NCBI RefSeq assembly: GCF_001194135.2
Contig: NC_069001.1
Span: forward strand, 4,124,641 to 4,157,602
Reading direction: 5' to 3'
Source of the DNA: Octopus bimaculoides
Taxonomy: Eukaryota
DNA length: 32,962 bases
Positions 32,312 to 32,962 of the stretch are shown one piece after another; within the stretch, counting starts at the first letter, position 1; each line of letters starts with the position of its first letter. A model generated the notes under the pieces. It worked only from the letters and a program-made list of their open reading frames with translations, searched no databases and had not been told where the DNA came from. The position numbers were made by a program, and so were the translations under genes.

Positions 32312-32485
32312 AGGCCTGGTTGGAGGTCCAACCTCCCAAGTTCATTTACAGGGATTAGAAAAACTGAAGGACTGCTGCAATAAGTGTGTGAATCTGAGAA
32401 GGGAATATGTGGAATAAAATCATAATTAACTGATTCTCCTGTATTTTCTTTTACCGAAAGCCAAAAACTTTCCCGTAACCCTGTA
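32267..32485 (+). mobile_element. Internally deleted mariner element retaining TIRs and the transposase C-terminal tail
   Basis: TA|TGAAGGGTTGCTGTAAAGTTCCTGGCTTT and right AAAGCCAAAAACTTTCCCGTAACCCTG|TA. 32352-32417 encodes GLEKLKDCCNKCVNLRREYVE*, similar to the mariner C-terminus GI.KL..RW.KC...G.YVE. Confidence 0.82.
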
Positions 32486-32962
32486 TATATATACATACAC
32501 ACACATATTACATATGGTAGTAGTTGAATAATATTCTTAAGGCTGCAATTTACTCACACGCAGCAACTTTCAGAATTTGTCGCTAATTCAATTTTGAACC
32601 AAATTGAAAACTGTTAATATTTTTGAAGAGGAATGGTTCCTAGCTACATTTTGGCATTAAAAAATTGAGATTTGGTCCAGTAGAAAAAACGTTTACACCA
32701 AAATATGTAGCAGTGTTATAGGAGAGTAAGTAATGCCACCAATCAAGTTTAGATCTAAACTTTTTTTTTTATTTTAAAAGCAAAATATATTTATCTTAGC
32801 TTCAATGATAGAAGAAAGCATGAGGAATTTCATAGGTTTTGTCCCATGCAACAAAAATTTGTATCAAAAAAGTTGTGGGATTTAAGTATAATTAACTTTA
32901 AAAACAAACCATATTTTAATTAAGCCAATCAGAAGTATAAAGAAAAGAAAACAAAAAAGAAA

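Overview
AT-rich, microsatellite-dense eukaryotic genomic DNA from a gapped short-read assembly (about 3.7 kb of N in 10 gaps). The repeat families and simple-repeat load resemble a coleoid cephalopod, most likely Octopus; this is inference from recognised repeats, not a database result. One protein-coding gene is supported: a + strand SMAP-domain gene (small acidic protein, C11orf58-like). It has a conserved exon at 17360-17449, a probable short exon at 21475-21505/21511 and a GC-rich terminal exon at 25507-25979 encoding the GLGF motif and a long Asp/Glu tail. Its ATG-bearing first exon was not identified. The rest is intron or intergenic sequence filled with tRNA-type SINEs, RTE-LINE remnants, piggyBac-, mariner/Tc1- and hAT-like MITEs, minisatellites and microsatellites. 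Almost all ORFs in the supplied track are artefacts of N-runs, microsatellites or repeats. Best leads: two minus-strand minimal hammerhead-ribozyme-like motifs typical of Penelope-like elements, fold-back inverted repeats that could be ADAR substrates, a patchy CpG-decay pattern readable from SINE copies, and a cryptic GATATC-cored repeat field downstream of the gene. I found no convincing wholly new multi-gene system.
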